Both the position numbers and the translations under genes were made by a program. Below, piece by piece: positions 8,644-17,438 of a stretch of DNA of 64,000 nucleotides. The stretch comes from Myxococcota bacterium (GTDB lineage Bacteria > Myxococcota_A > SURF-8): the NCBI GenBank assembly GCA_965140415.1, contig OZ223209.1, forward strand, positions 3,040,001-3,104,000, read 5' to 3'. Under the pieces are notes generated by a model. That model saw nothing but the letters and a program-made list of their open reading frames with translations. It made no database searches and was not told where the DNA came from. Each line of letters opens with the position of its first letter. Within the stretch, counting starts at the first letter, position 1.

Positions 8644-10419
8644 TTAAGTGTAAAACTGCTCCAGAATTTCCTGATACTTGCTGTCGATGTGCTTCCTTCG
8701 CAGCTTCTGAGAGGAAGTCAGTTCGCCTGTTTCTACCGAGAATGAATGCGGAAGAATGGCGAATTTTTTGATGGTTTCCGGGCTGGACAAGTCCCGGTTT
8801 TTGATCTGAATTCGTTCTTCTATCAGACGGATAATTTCCTGCTTGGCGCACAGATCCTCGAAATTCTTCGAAACCACGCCTTTTTCCTTGGCCCATTGCT
8901 CCACGTTCTGGCGATTCAATGTGATCAGTGCAGATAGAAAATTACGATTATCACCGTGAACGTAGATCATATCGATAAACGGATCCGCTTTCAGATGATT
9001 TTCCAGGGCTTGCGGAGAGATGTTTTTACCGCCGGAAGTAATGATCAGATCCTTTTTTCGGTCCGTAATTTTCAAAAAACCGTCCGAATCCACTTCGCCG
9101 ATATCGCCGCTGCGAAGCCACCCGCTTTGCAGCGCACGTTCCGTTGCCTCCTGGTTCCCTAAATAGCCTTCCGTTACAACGGCTCCTTTGATCATGATTT
9201 CGCCATCGCTATCCAATTGGATGTCGATTCCGGGCAGCGGTTTTCCAACCGATCCGGTTCTATAGTCATTCAGAGCGTTCATCGTCACCGCACCGGCAGT
9301 TTCCGTCATGCCGTAAGCTTCCAAAATAACCAACCCGGTTGCCAGAAAGAACTCGGCGATTTCACGTGGCAGCGGTGCTCCGGAAGAAACCATGAACTTC
9401 AAACGCGAGCCGAATTGCGCCCGGAAGCGATCGAAAAAAAGTTTTCGTGCGGCTTGATATTTCGCATTAAGCACCAGTGGAATGGGTTGGCGATTCTGCT
9501 GAAGCAGTGTCACTTGCTTCCCGATGTCCAGACACCAATGAAGTTTCAGTTTCTGGCTGCGTCCTTGCAGTTCGATTTCCTTCATCAGGTTCGAATAGAT
9601 TTTCTGAAAGACACGCGGAACGGCAGCGACCATATGAGGACGAACTTCTTCCAGATTTCGGAAAAGCCGTTCGTAGTTTTCGGCAAACGCGATTTTCAGC
9701 CCGGTGTAAAGATTCAGGTATTCCAGCGTGCGACCGAAAACGTGGGATAACGGAAGGAACAGCAGCGTAATTTCATCTTCTCTTACTTGAATAATGGGCT
9801 GTAAGGCATACTGTTCACTCAGTAATTGCCGATGGCGATGGATCACTCCAAGGTGTCCGCCCTGTGTGGAGGTATATACAATTGTGGCATCATCTTCAAT
9901 ACTGGCTTCCTTTGCCATTTCTTCGTATAAACCGGGTTTTTGCTTCCGACCGATTTCAACGACGTCGGAGAGAGAGAGCAGGTCACTATCGTCATCAGGA
10001 GCGGGACCTTCTATTAAAATGATTTTCTCGACCGACTGGAGGCGCTCCCGTACTTCCAGAACTCGATCCAGCAGCAATGAGTTTTCAACGATAACGAATT
10101 TCGATTGCGAATGGTTGATGATGTACTCGATCTCTCGCGTTGGACTGGAGTGGTAAGCGGGAACCACCACGCCGCAGCAACCGAGAATTGCCAAATCACA
10201 AAACACCCATTCTACTCGCGTATCTGAAAAAAGAAGAACGCGGTCTCCTTTTTCCAGTCCCAAACCACGCAATCCCTGGGCGATGTGCCTTACCGATTCG
10301 TAATAGCGGATCCAACTGATTTCCGTCCAGCGGTCTCCATTTTTGTGGAGAAGCGCCGTTTGATTGCTGGATTTTTCCACTCGCCAGCGGAACATCTCGT
10401 TGATGCTGGAGAACTCCAT
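8644..10419 (-). CDS. Long-chain fatty-acid-CoA ligase family (AMP-binding) protein with degenerate P-loop
   Basis: FLPLSHVF, YGMTE, SGDIG, DRKKDLIITSGGKNISPQALE; A3 motif reads YTSTQGGHLG. Confidence 0.85.
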   Translation of the reverse strand: MEFSSINEMFRWRVEKSSNQTALLHKNGDRWTEISWIRYYESVRHIAQGLRGLGLEKGDRVLLFSDTRVEWVFCDLAILGCCGVVVPAYHSSPTREIEYIINHSQSKFVIVENSLLLDRVLEVRERLQSVEKIILIEGPAPDDDSDLLSLSDVVEIGRKQKPGLYEEMAKEASIEDDATIVYTSTQGGHLGVIHRHRQLLSEQYALQPIIQVREDEITLLFLPLSHVFGRTLEYLNLYTGLKIAFAENYERLFRNLEEVRPHMVAAVPRVFQKIYSNLMKEIELQGRSQKLKLHWCLDIGKQVTLLQQNRQPIPLVLNAKYQAARKLFFDRFRAQFGSRLKFMVSSGAPLPREIAEFFLATGLVILEAYGMTETAGAVTMNALNDYRTGSVGKPLPGIDIQLDSDGEIMIKGAVVTEGYLGNQEATERALQSGWLRSGDIGEVDSDGFLKITDRKKDLIITSGGKNISPQALENHLKADPFIDMIYVHGDNRNFLSALITLNRQNVEQWAKEKGVVSKNFEDLCAKQEIIRLIEERIQIKNRDLSSPETIKKFAILPHSFSVETGELTSSQKLRRKHIDSKYQEILEQFYT

Positions 10420-10715
10420 CGATTCCTGCCTCCGGGTTTCTTGCTGCGTTCAGTCGCATCGAATTGAAGCACAGTCGCGATTTGCTGTCAAGACTCTGCC
10501 GCTATTTACTATTAACAGAGAATCAATGAAATCGACATTGATGAGAGTTTGCAGGCGTTATCAAGATTACAGTTACAAAAAAAAGGATATTGTGGTGTCT
10601 GTGATGTTTACTCCGTTTTTGAGTTATGCTATGTTTACAGAATAAGTTGAAACTGGCACTGGGCTAAAGAAACTGGGACAGCCACACACCTGTTGACGAA
10701 ACTTCTGTAAAGGAA

Positions 10716-12146
10716 ATGAACATGAACAAACTGTTGCTTGTTTTCGTGATCCTGTTTTCTGTAACCATTTTTGCTTGTGGTTCAGACGACGACACTATCG
10801 TAGACGGCGATCAGCAGGATGGCGACATCATCACGGATGGCGACCATGATTCGGATTTGGATACCGTTGATGGAGATTTGGAAGACGGTGATGTGATCGA
10901 TGTTGATATGCCTGATGGCGATCAGATTGATGGCGATCTGCCGGATGGCGATGTTTCCGATGGAGACGTAACCGACGGCGATGCTTCAGATGGCGATGTT
11001 TCCGACGGTGATGCTCCAGACGGTGATGTTTCAGATGGGGATGTGGTTGATGGAGACCTGGAAGATGGAGACATCTCCGATGGCGATCTGCCGGATGGCG
11101 ATCAGGTCGATGGCGACATAGAACAAGATGTAGAGCCGCAGGAAACCACTCCGCCGAATATCCGGGATATCCGCGTTACGATTACCGGCGAGTTCGCTTT
11201 GGAAACGGATTTGAATAGAGAAGATGGCTGGGTGGTCGTTCCTGTAGAAGTTGCCGGAACGATAACGGTATTTGTGACCGATAACGAAACGGCAGCGGCG
11301 GATCTGAGCGTCAAGGCGATCGATGCGGATTCATCCCAGGAATTCGGGGACGTAACAAAAACGTTCAATAACGGTTTGTGGCGTCTCGCTCTGAATTTGC
11401 AGCCGGGTATGCATCTGCGTGTTCTCGTGACGGATCTGGCGAACAATGATGCGCTGTCGGAGTATCAACTCATTTTACCGACTCAGTACGAAGCCATCGC
11501 CGGAGATTGGGACAAACGCTACTATCTGCCCGGACAGATCATCGACAATCATCGCTATGCCACCTTTGCAACGGATGGCAGTTTTCAGGAAGATCAGGAG
11601 GACACGGGAAACCTGATTACTGGAACCTATGAACTGGTGGATGATAAACTCAAAGTTTCCGAGCGCACCAGCACTCCAAGTACGCGAGACACCGACACCA
11701 ATACCGTGGAGCGTGAAACCGTAGCTGCGTTTTATGTCGATGCAACCTATTTCAGCCAGGATCCGTTTTTTAGAACGGATGGAAGCAGCGGTGTTGTTGG
11801 AAGCTGGCAGCGCAGCATGCAATCCTATGAAATCATAGGAGAACAACTGACTTTAGCGCGCGATGTCCAGGAAACGCTGGTATTCACCGAGACGCGCTTT
11901 ACACGGACCATCAGTGGAACGTCTTACGAAAGTGGTTCGGCGGAATCGATTTCCGAGGTCTACGAAGGCGATTGGGAAATCGACATCAACGAGAGCTACA
12001 TGGATAACTATGGCGATTATCTGGTATTGACGACAGATACGGAAAACTCGACTCCAATCGCCTCTCCGGTTATCACCGCCGATTTGTATGTCATTCGTGC
12101 CGATCATCTGTTGATCGCCCCATACCTGGACAATGACATCGACTAA
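10716..12146 (+). CDS. Lipoprotein with long DGD-repeat tether and beta-rich (lipocalin-like) C-terminal domains
   Basis: Lipobox IFA-C; 19 DGD motifs; two similar segments IAGDW../VVGSW.. Confidence 0.8.
   Translation: MNMNKLLLVFVILFSVTIFACGSDDDTIVDGDQQDGDIITDGDHDSDLDTVDGDLEDGDVIDVDMPDGDQIDGDLPDGDVSDGDVTDGDASDGDVSDGDAPDGDVSDGDVVDGDLEDGDISDGDLPDGDQVDGDIEQDVEPQETTPPNIRDIRVTITGEFALETDLNREDGWVVVPVEVAGTITVFVTDNETAAADLSVKAIDADSSQEFGDVTKTFNNGLWRLALNLQPGMHLRVLVTDLANNDALSEYQLILPTQYEAIAGDWDKRYYLPGQIIDNHRYATFATDGSFQEDQEDTGNLITGTYELVDDKLKVSERTSTPSTRDTDTNTVERETVAAFYVDATYFSQDPFFRTDGSSGVVGSWQRSMQSYEIIGEQLTLARDVQETLVFTETRFTRTISGTSYESGSAESISEVYEGDWEIDINESYMDNYGDYLVLTTDTENSTPIASPVITADLYVIRADHLLIAPYLDNDID
10803..11117 (+). 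repeat. Degenerate 15-bp coding repeat (DGDxx)n, 14 consecutive units
   Basis: GAYGGNGAY + 6 nt units, e.g. gatggcgatctgccg, gatggcgatgtttcc. Confidence 0.9.
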
Positions 12147-12196
12147 AACACTTGAACGGAATCGTGCGAACTGGTTATACAAACGGGATTGGCTTG

Positions 12197-14122
12197 ATGA
12201 ATTCATTTAGAAATGGGCTTCTGGTTGTCTGCATCCTCTTTTGGTTCGGTTGTTCTTCGAGCAGCGATCCCGGCATTATCGATCCCGGTGATTCGGATTC
12301 TACTCTATCCGATGCAGAATCGGTATCGGATGGAGATTTGGATAACGACATCGAATCGGATCTTGATCTGGACGAATCCCCACCTATTGATGGCGACGAA
12401 TGGGACGCTAACCCCGCTGATGGTGACCTAATCGAAAGAGATCTTCCTGAATTTGGGGAAGAACAAGACAATGACGGAGATGGGTTCCCTGATGGAGATG
12501 TGATCTCGGAGGGAGATGTGATCTCGGAGGGAGATGAATCATCGGACGGAGACCTGGAATGGGATGACGATCTACCGGATGGTGATCATTCCGAATGGGA
12601 TATTTCCGATGGAGATGAAGAATTCGATACCGATCCCGATTTCGAAGTGAATTATCCGATTGAAATCGACCAGTTCTCACTGATACAGAATCCGGCCAAC
12701 CTGCTTTCATACTATGTAGAATGGCGCACGTCCTACGAAGCAGCTTCTTATGTTCGGGTGCAATGTAGCGATTATCAGGCCGTCTTTTCGCAAGAAACCA
12801 TGGCAAGCAATCATCGACTGTTTGTGATGGGGTTTTATGCGGATGCCGAGTGTAGCTTGACCATTCGGGCAATGGATGATTCTGGGGGTTATGGTGTTCT
12901 TACTCAACAATTCACGGTAGCATCTCAACCCGACTTTTTGGTCGATTTAACCGCGACGATCCACGATGCATCCGCATTACAGCCGGGATGGACTCTCATC
13001 AATTTGAGCGACGGTTACGAGCGTTCCCCGCTGATTCTGGCCATGATCGACGAGCAGGGCCGCTATCGCTGGTATTACCGCCCCAATACCACCTTGCCGG
13101 GTGCCGATACGGATGTTCGCACCACCCCGGAAGGTGTGCTTTATGGCGGCGGGAGTATTTATCCGTCACAGGCGAACTGGGAAGGGCAACTGCTGTGGAA
13201 AAAGGGGCTTTACGTCCATCATCACATCGCTCCCTTCGAGAATCAGGGAACGTACATCTACTTGTCAGGAACGTCATCTTGTCCTGAAGTATTCGGCGGC
13301 CTGTCCTGTGGAATGGTGGTTGAATATGACATGATCAACAGCGTGCCGCTTTGGAAGTGGCGTCATTGCGAGCATTACATTCCGAATAGAATCGTTCGCG
13401 ACTGGTCGCACATGAACAGCGTGGAATCTTTTCCCGGTGAGAACGCATTGCTCGTCAGCAGTCGAGGGCAGCATTCCTTGTTTAAAATCGACCGTGACAG
13501 CGAGAATATTCTCTGGCGCATGGGGCAGGGTGGTGACTTTCTTTTGGATGATGAGGACTGGTTCTATCGCCAGCACGCTCCGGAAATTCAGCCGAATGGA
13601 AATATCCTGTTATTCGACAACGGCGACGCTGCAGACCCGCACAATCGCACCTATAGTCGAGCGATTGAAATCTCCTATCAACTGTTTGCCCAAAGCAAAC
13701 AAGCCGACGGCGACCTGGATTCCGATTTGGATACGGATTTCAGTGAAGAAAACGAGACTATCGAAGCTGATAACATAGAAGCCGGTGGCGATTCGGATTT
13801 GGATGCTATCGAGGCAGAAGGAGACGGTGAAATTGAAGAAGAATCGGAAACGCCGCCTTTAGGAAGCGCTCAGATCGTGTGGCAATATCGGCCATCTCCC
13901 GATCTTTTTACGGATGTTTATGGCGATGCGGATCGTATGCCAAATGGAAATACGTTGGTTACGTTCGGCTTCGAACGAAATGCGAATCACGATCCCAGCC
14001 GGATTCATGAAGTCACGACCGAAGCCACTCCGCGACTGCTTTGGGAATTGTCAATCCCGATTTCGGTTTATCGTGCCGAGCGCGTGGTCGATCCGCCTAA
14101 AGGATATTTCTTAGACGAATAA
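12197..14122 (+). CDS. Aryl-sulfotransferase (ASST-like beta-propeller) lipoprotein with DGD tether
   Basis: WFG-C lipobox; HHHI, WSHMNSV, YRQHAPEIQPNGNILLFDNG, GDADRMPNGNTLVTFG, YRAER. Confidence 0.85.
   Translation: MNSFRNGLLVVCILFWFGCSSSSDPGIIDPGDSDSTLSDAESVSDGDLDNDIESDLDLDESPPIDGDEWDANPADGDLIERDLPEFGEEQDNDGDGFPDGDVISEGDVISEGDESSDGDLEWDDDLPDGDHSEWDISDGDEEFDTDPDFEVNYPIEIDQFSLIQNPANLLSYYVEWRTSYEAASYVRVQCSDYQAVFSQETMASNHRLFVMGFYADAECSLTIRAMDDSGGYGVLTQQFTVASQPDFLVDLTATIHDASALQPGWTLINLSDGYERSPLILAMIDEQGRYRWYYRPNTTLPGADTDVRTTPEGVLYGGGSIYPSQANWEGQLLWKKGLYVHHHIAPFENQGTYIYLSGTSSCPEVFGGLSCGMVVEYDMINSVPLWKWRHCEHYIPNRIVRDWSHMNSVESFPGENALLVSSRGQHSLFKIDRDSENILWRMGQGGDFLLDDEDWFYRQHAPEIQPNGNILLFDNGDAADPHNRTYSRAIEISYQLFAQSKQADGDLDSDLDTDFSEENETIEADNIEAGGDSDLDAIEAEGDGEIEEESETPPLGSAQIVWQYRPSPDLFTDVYGDADRMPNGNTLVTFGFERNANHDPSRIHEVTTEATPRLLWELSIPISVYRAERVVDPPKGYFLDE
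12494..12536 (+). repeat. Perfect 18-bp tandem duplication (2.4 copies) in the acidic tether
   Basis: GGAGATGTGATCTCGGAG x2 + GGAGATG. Confidence 0.95.
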
Positions 14123-14125
14123 GGT

Positions 14126-17100
14126 TCACGGCTGTCCCGAAACACAGCAAATGCAGCCGCCGGCGCAGACCTGATCGCCGCAGGCTGCATCCACGCTTTG
14201 ACTATCTGCGGGGCATCCCGTCATCCAGGAAGCGCAGAAACCGCCCAGATCTTCCACACAATCCGCTTGACCGGCTACACACTGACCTGTGCTATCACAA
14301 TGTCCACCGGGAATCTCAACCCCGGCATACACACAATCGCCACTGTCGCAATGGCTAAGTGTTTCCAAGCAGCCATCATCAGTATCTTCACAGGAACCGC
14401 CTCCGCAGTCTTCATCGCTAGTGCATCGATCCGGCGTGGCGATGCAGCATATCCCGGAATCACCCCGGATATATTCACAGCCCATTGATTCGCCAGCCGA
14501 TGCATATCCTGCCTGGCAGCCGATCTGTGGAGTGGAACAGTAGCCGCCGTAATTTGAATAGCAGGTAATCATGTCTTCCGGTAGACAGCAATGGCCATAC
14601 TGATCGCATTGCGGGCTTGCCGCCGGGCTATAGCCTGTCGGACACCCCCAGTAGTCAACACATTGACCACCGATGGACAAGCATTCATACTGTTGGCAAT
14701 CCGCACTGTTGCAGGGATTTTCTCCGAAGTCTTCATCACAGATGTCATCCCCGATTCTCAGGCAAATCGAAGCCGCAATATCGGCATAGGCGCATTGCCC
14801 TGTGGAATCCACGGATGCGACTTCCGCTTCGGTTAAACCATCGCAACAGTGTTCATCGGTTCCCCAGGATACAACATGTCCTTCGCTTGCGCAGTCAGAC
14901 GAATCCAGGATGCAGCAGGTAGGAGTCGTATAGGGGCAACCTCCGAGTTGACTTGAGGTATAACCGTTAATACAGTGCACGTCGCTTGACTCGCAATAGC
15001 CGTTTGAATTCGCACAATCTCCAAGGGCAAGGGGCATGCAGCATTGACCGTAAGTGCATTGGTGATCGGCATCGGTAAATGTGCTGTCCTGGGGACATTC
15101 CGGCCCCCAGCCGATGCAGAAACCGCCTTCTTCCTCACATTCGTTGGTAGGCTCGGGACGGCAGCAAAGTGCGGAACGTCCACCCGGACAACCCAGTTGT
15201 TCCGCATCTGAAGACGCTTCGTAGCCGTCGTCGCAACCTGCCAGGTAATGAGAACAATAGCCACCGGCCATTTCGCAGTCTGAATAATCGTTGGTCACAC
15301 AATGCAGGCTGTAGGGATCGCAACGGGCTTCCTGAACGCCGACATCATAAGCAACACACTCCGTATCTTCACATTGATGATAACGAAGAAGGCAATAGTC
15401 TGCACTGATACTCGGGTTACAGGCAGTTACGGGGCAGTCGGAATCCTGCAAGCATTCCGGTATTGGACCTTCGCAATCCGCGCTGTTGCACTCGTTTTCA
15501 TGGTTTTCTTCGTCGCAAAAGCCGTCTCCTTCCGAAATGCAAACAAAGCAGGAACAATCCGGGTACAGGCATTCGCCATTCGAACCGACTTCGGCCATCT
15601 CTGCGGCTTTCAGACCGTTGCAGCAAAAGCCATCCGGCATGATCGCCACACCGCCCAGCGGTGTGCAGGTGTTTTGTTCCGGCACGCAACATAGGGCCGA
15701 ACGGCCACCGGGACAGTCTTTGTCTACACCGCCACCCTCAACAAATCCCTCTTTGCAGCCGGTCTGCCACATCGTGCAGTAACCGCCTTCATCCAGACAG
15801 GCGGCATCCAGGCAACACATGGCGTCGCATCCTAAAGGATCTTCATTCAACGCTGAGCCTTCCGCGCAGGTGGCTCTCCCATACATGATGCATTCGCCGT
15901 TTCCTTCGCTTTCACAGACTGTCGGTCCCCACGGTTTGCATAAGCCGCTGGAAGCATCGCAAATCGATTCCGAAATAATTTCTTCGGCCATCGTGCAATT
16001 GCCGCTGGTCTGGTCGCAGCTGTAGCTTTGTTGGGAACAGACGGGAAAAACCGATGCAACCGGAAGGTCATAACAGGTGTCAAGCGGGCAATCAGAGTTC
16101 TCCTGGCATTGACCCGGAGTGGCACAGTCTTCGTAACAGCGGCAGTAGTTTTCACCCGGTCCGCAAATGCCATCTCCGCAATAGGTGCAGTAATGAGTTC
16201 CATCAGGCAGTGCGATGCATTGATTTTGCTCGTCTGGAACAGCATTACTGACTTCGTCCAATCCTTCACAACATTGGTCATTATCGGGCCAGTCATCAAG
16301 AATGTTGGTCACGCCACCTTCTGCGACACAAGGCGATGTGTCTTTCTCGCAACACCATTCTCCAGCATCACCGCCGAACAGATCACATTCCATGGCGCTT
16401 TGTGCCGCATGATAACCTTCCCTGCATGTGAAGTAGCTGTTCTGGGGATCTCCGGTTGGGCTGCAATAGCCACCGGAATTGTAACAGTCGATGGCCGAAA
16501 GAGGGATGCAGCAGACTCCCAGATCGCAAAGCCCGTCACCGCTTAACAAACGGCTGTCACTTGGACAGTTCGCGGTATAGTCGTTACAGCTTCCGCCTTC
16601 CTGCTGACAGATATTCATTGGGGCGTCGCCATCCGCAAGATCGCCATCGGTCAGGTCGCCATCGGTCTGGTCACCATCGGTGCTATCACCGTCCGTGGAA
16701 TCGCCGTCCACTTGATCTCCGTCCGCTTGATCGCCATCACCACTATTGGCAATACATGTGCCGTCCACGCACTGCCCGGGAGAATTCTCATTATCGAAAC
16801 AAGCCTCTCCATTTTGAGTGGAATCGGCGACCATGCGCCAGCCCCAGCAGTCTGGCGGGTCCATACGGAACGCCTGCCACTTTTTGCAGGTTTCCGGTGG
16901 CAGTGCAGGAGGATAGGTCGGATCATCCGGGCAACTCTGATCCTGATCGCTTTCTCCCAAACTGTCGGTATCGCCATCTTGGATCAGAATGCACTCTCCG
17001 GCCTGGCAAACGCGGCCTTCCGGGCAATCCCGGTCTTCCTCGCAGGGAAGAAATGTCGTCGTACTGCTTTTTTCACAGGCGTTTAGAATCAGGCCGAAAC

Positions 17101-17152
17101 CGAATACAAACAGAATGCCTGTTTTAAGAAATGCAGATGAGAGATTACCCAT
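14126..17152 (-). CDS. Large Cys-rich lipoprotein (1008 aa) with DGD tether and ~10 beta-defensin-like 6-Cys modules
   Basis: AAGGAG RBS before ATG 17152; lipobox ILNA-C; repeated CxxxGGxC..C..C..CC. Confidence 0.85.
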   Translation of the reverse strand: MGNLSSAFLKTGILFVFGFGLILNACEKSSTTTFLPCEEDRDCPEGRVCQAGECILIQDGDTDSLGESDQDQSCPDDPTYPPALPPETCKKWQAFRMDPPDCWGWRMVADSTQNGEACFDNENSPGQCVDGTCIANSGDGDQADGDQVDGDSTDGDSTDGDQTDGDLTDGDLADGDAPMNICQQEGGSCNDYTANCPSDSRLLSGDGLCDLGVCCIPLSAIDCYNSGGYCSPTGDPQNSYFTCREGYHAAQSAMECDLFGGDAGEWCCEKDTSPCVAEGGVTNILDDWPDNDQCCEGLDEVSNAVPDEQNQCIALPDGTHYCTYCGDGICGPGENYCRCYEDCATPGQCQENSDCPLDTCYDLPVASVFPVCSQQSYSCDQTSGNCTMAEEIISESICDASSGLCKPWGPTVCESEGNGECIMYGRATCAEGSALNEDPLGCDAMCCLDAACLDEGGYCTMWQTGCKEGFVEGGGVDKDCPGGRSALCCVPEQNTCTPLGGVAIMPDGFCCNGLKAAEMAEVGSNGECLYPDCSCFVCISEGDGFCDEENHENECNSADCEGPIPECLQDSDCPVTACNPSISADYCLLRYHQCEDTECVAYDVGVQEARCDPYSLHCVTNDYSDCEMAGGYCSHYLAGCDDGYEASSDAEQLGCPGGRSALCCRPEPTNECEEEGGFCIGWGPECPQDSTFTDADHQCTYGQCCMPLALGDCANSNGYCESSDVHCINGYTSSQLGGCPYTTPTCCILDSSDCASEGHVVSWGTDEHCCDGLTEAEVASVDSTGQCAYADIAASICLRIGDDICDEDFGENPCNSADCQQYECLSIGGQCVDYWGCPTGYSPAASPQCDQYGHCCLPEDMITCYSNYGGYCSTPQIGCQAGYASAGESMGCEYIRGDSGICCIATPDRCTSDEDCGGGSCEDTDDGCLETLSHCDSGDCVYAGVEIPGGHCDSTGQCVAGQADCVEDLGGFCASWMTGCPADSQSVDAACGDQVCAGGCICCVSGQP

Positions 17153-17230
17153 GATCGGCTCCTTGACGTGACACAACAAAATCGATTCTTCGAAGCTGAA
17201 ACGCGCTCGGATGTTGAACAGTTATAACTG

Positions 17231-17246
17231 AGCAAATAATATGCCA
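17231..17246 (-). promoter_or_regulatory. Putative sigma54 promoter for the Cys-rich lipoprotein
   Basis: Minus strand TGGCATATTATTTGCT, near-consensus GG-N10-GC. Confidence 0.65.
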
Positions 17247-17438
17247 TCTTTGACAGGATTGTCGATCATAAAAGACCAATGAAATTATTGTGTATTTTAA
17301 CGATGCTGATTTCTACATGATCTTGGGTGACGGAGTCTGTGTAAAGACGGCTTGACAGATAGCGAAATGTGTTATCTGAAAGAAAAAATTGTGGCCAAAC
17401 CATCGAGCACTATCCGTGATTTTAAGAATCAGGTATTG

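Noticed and set aside
10803-11117. Periodic repeats as a CRISPR or non-coding array
   Set aside because: 15-bp in-frame degenerate coding units, no spacers, no cas genes
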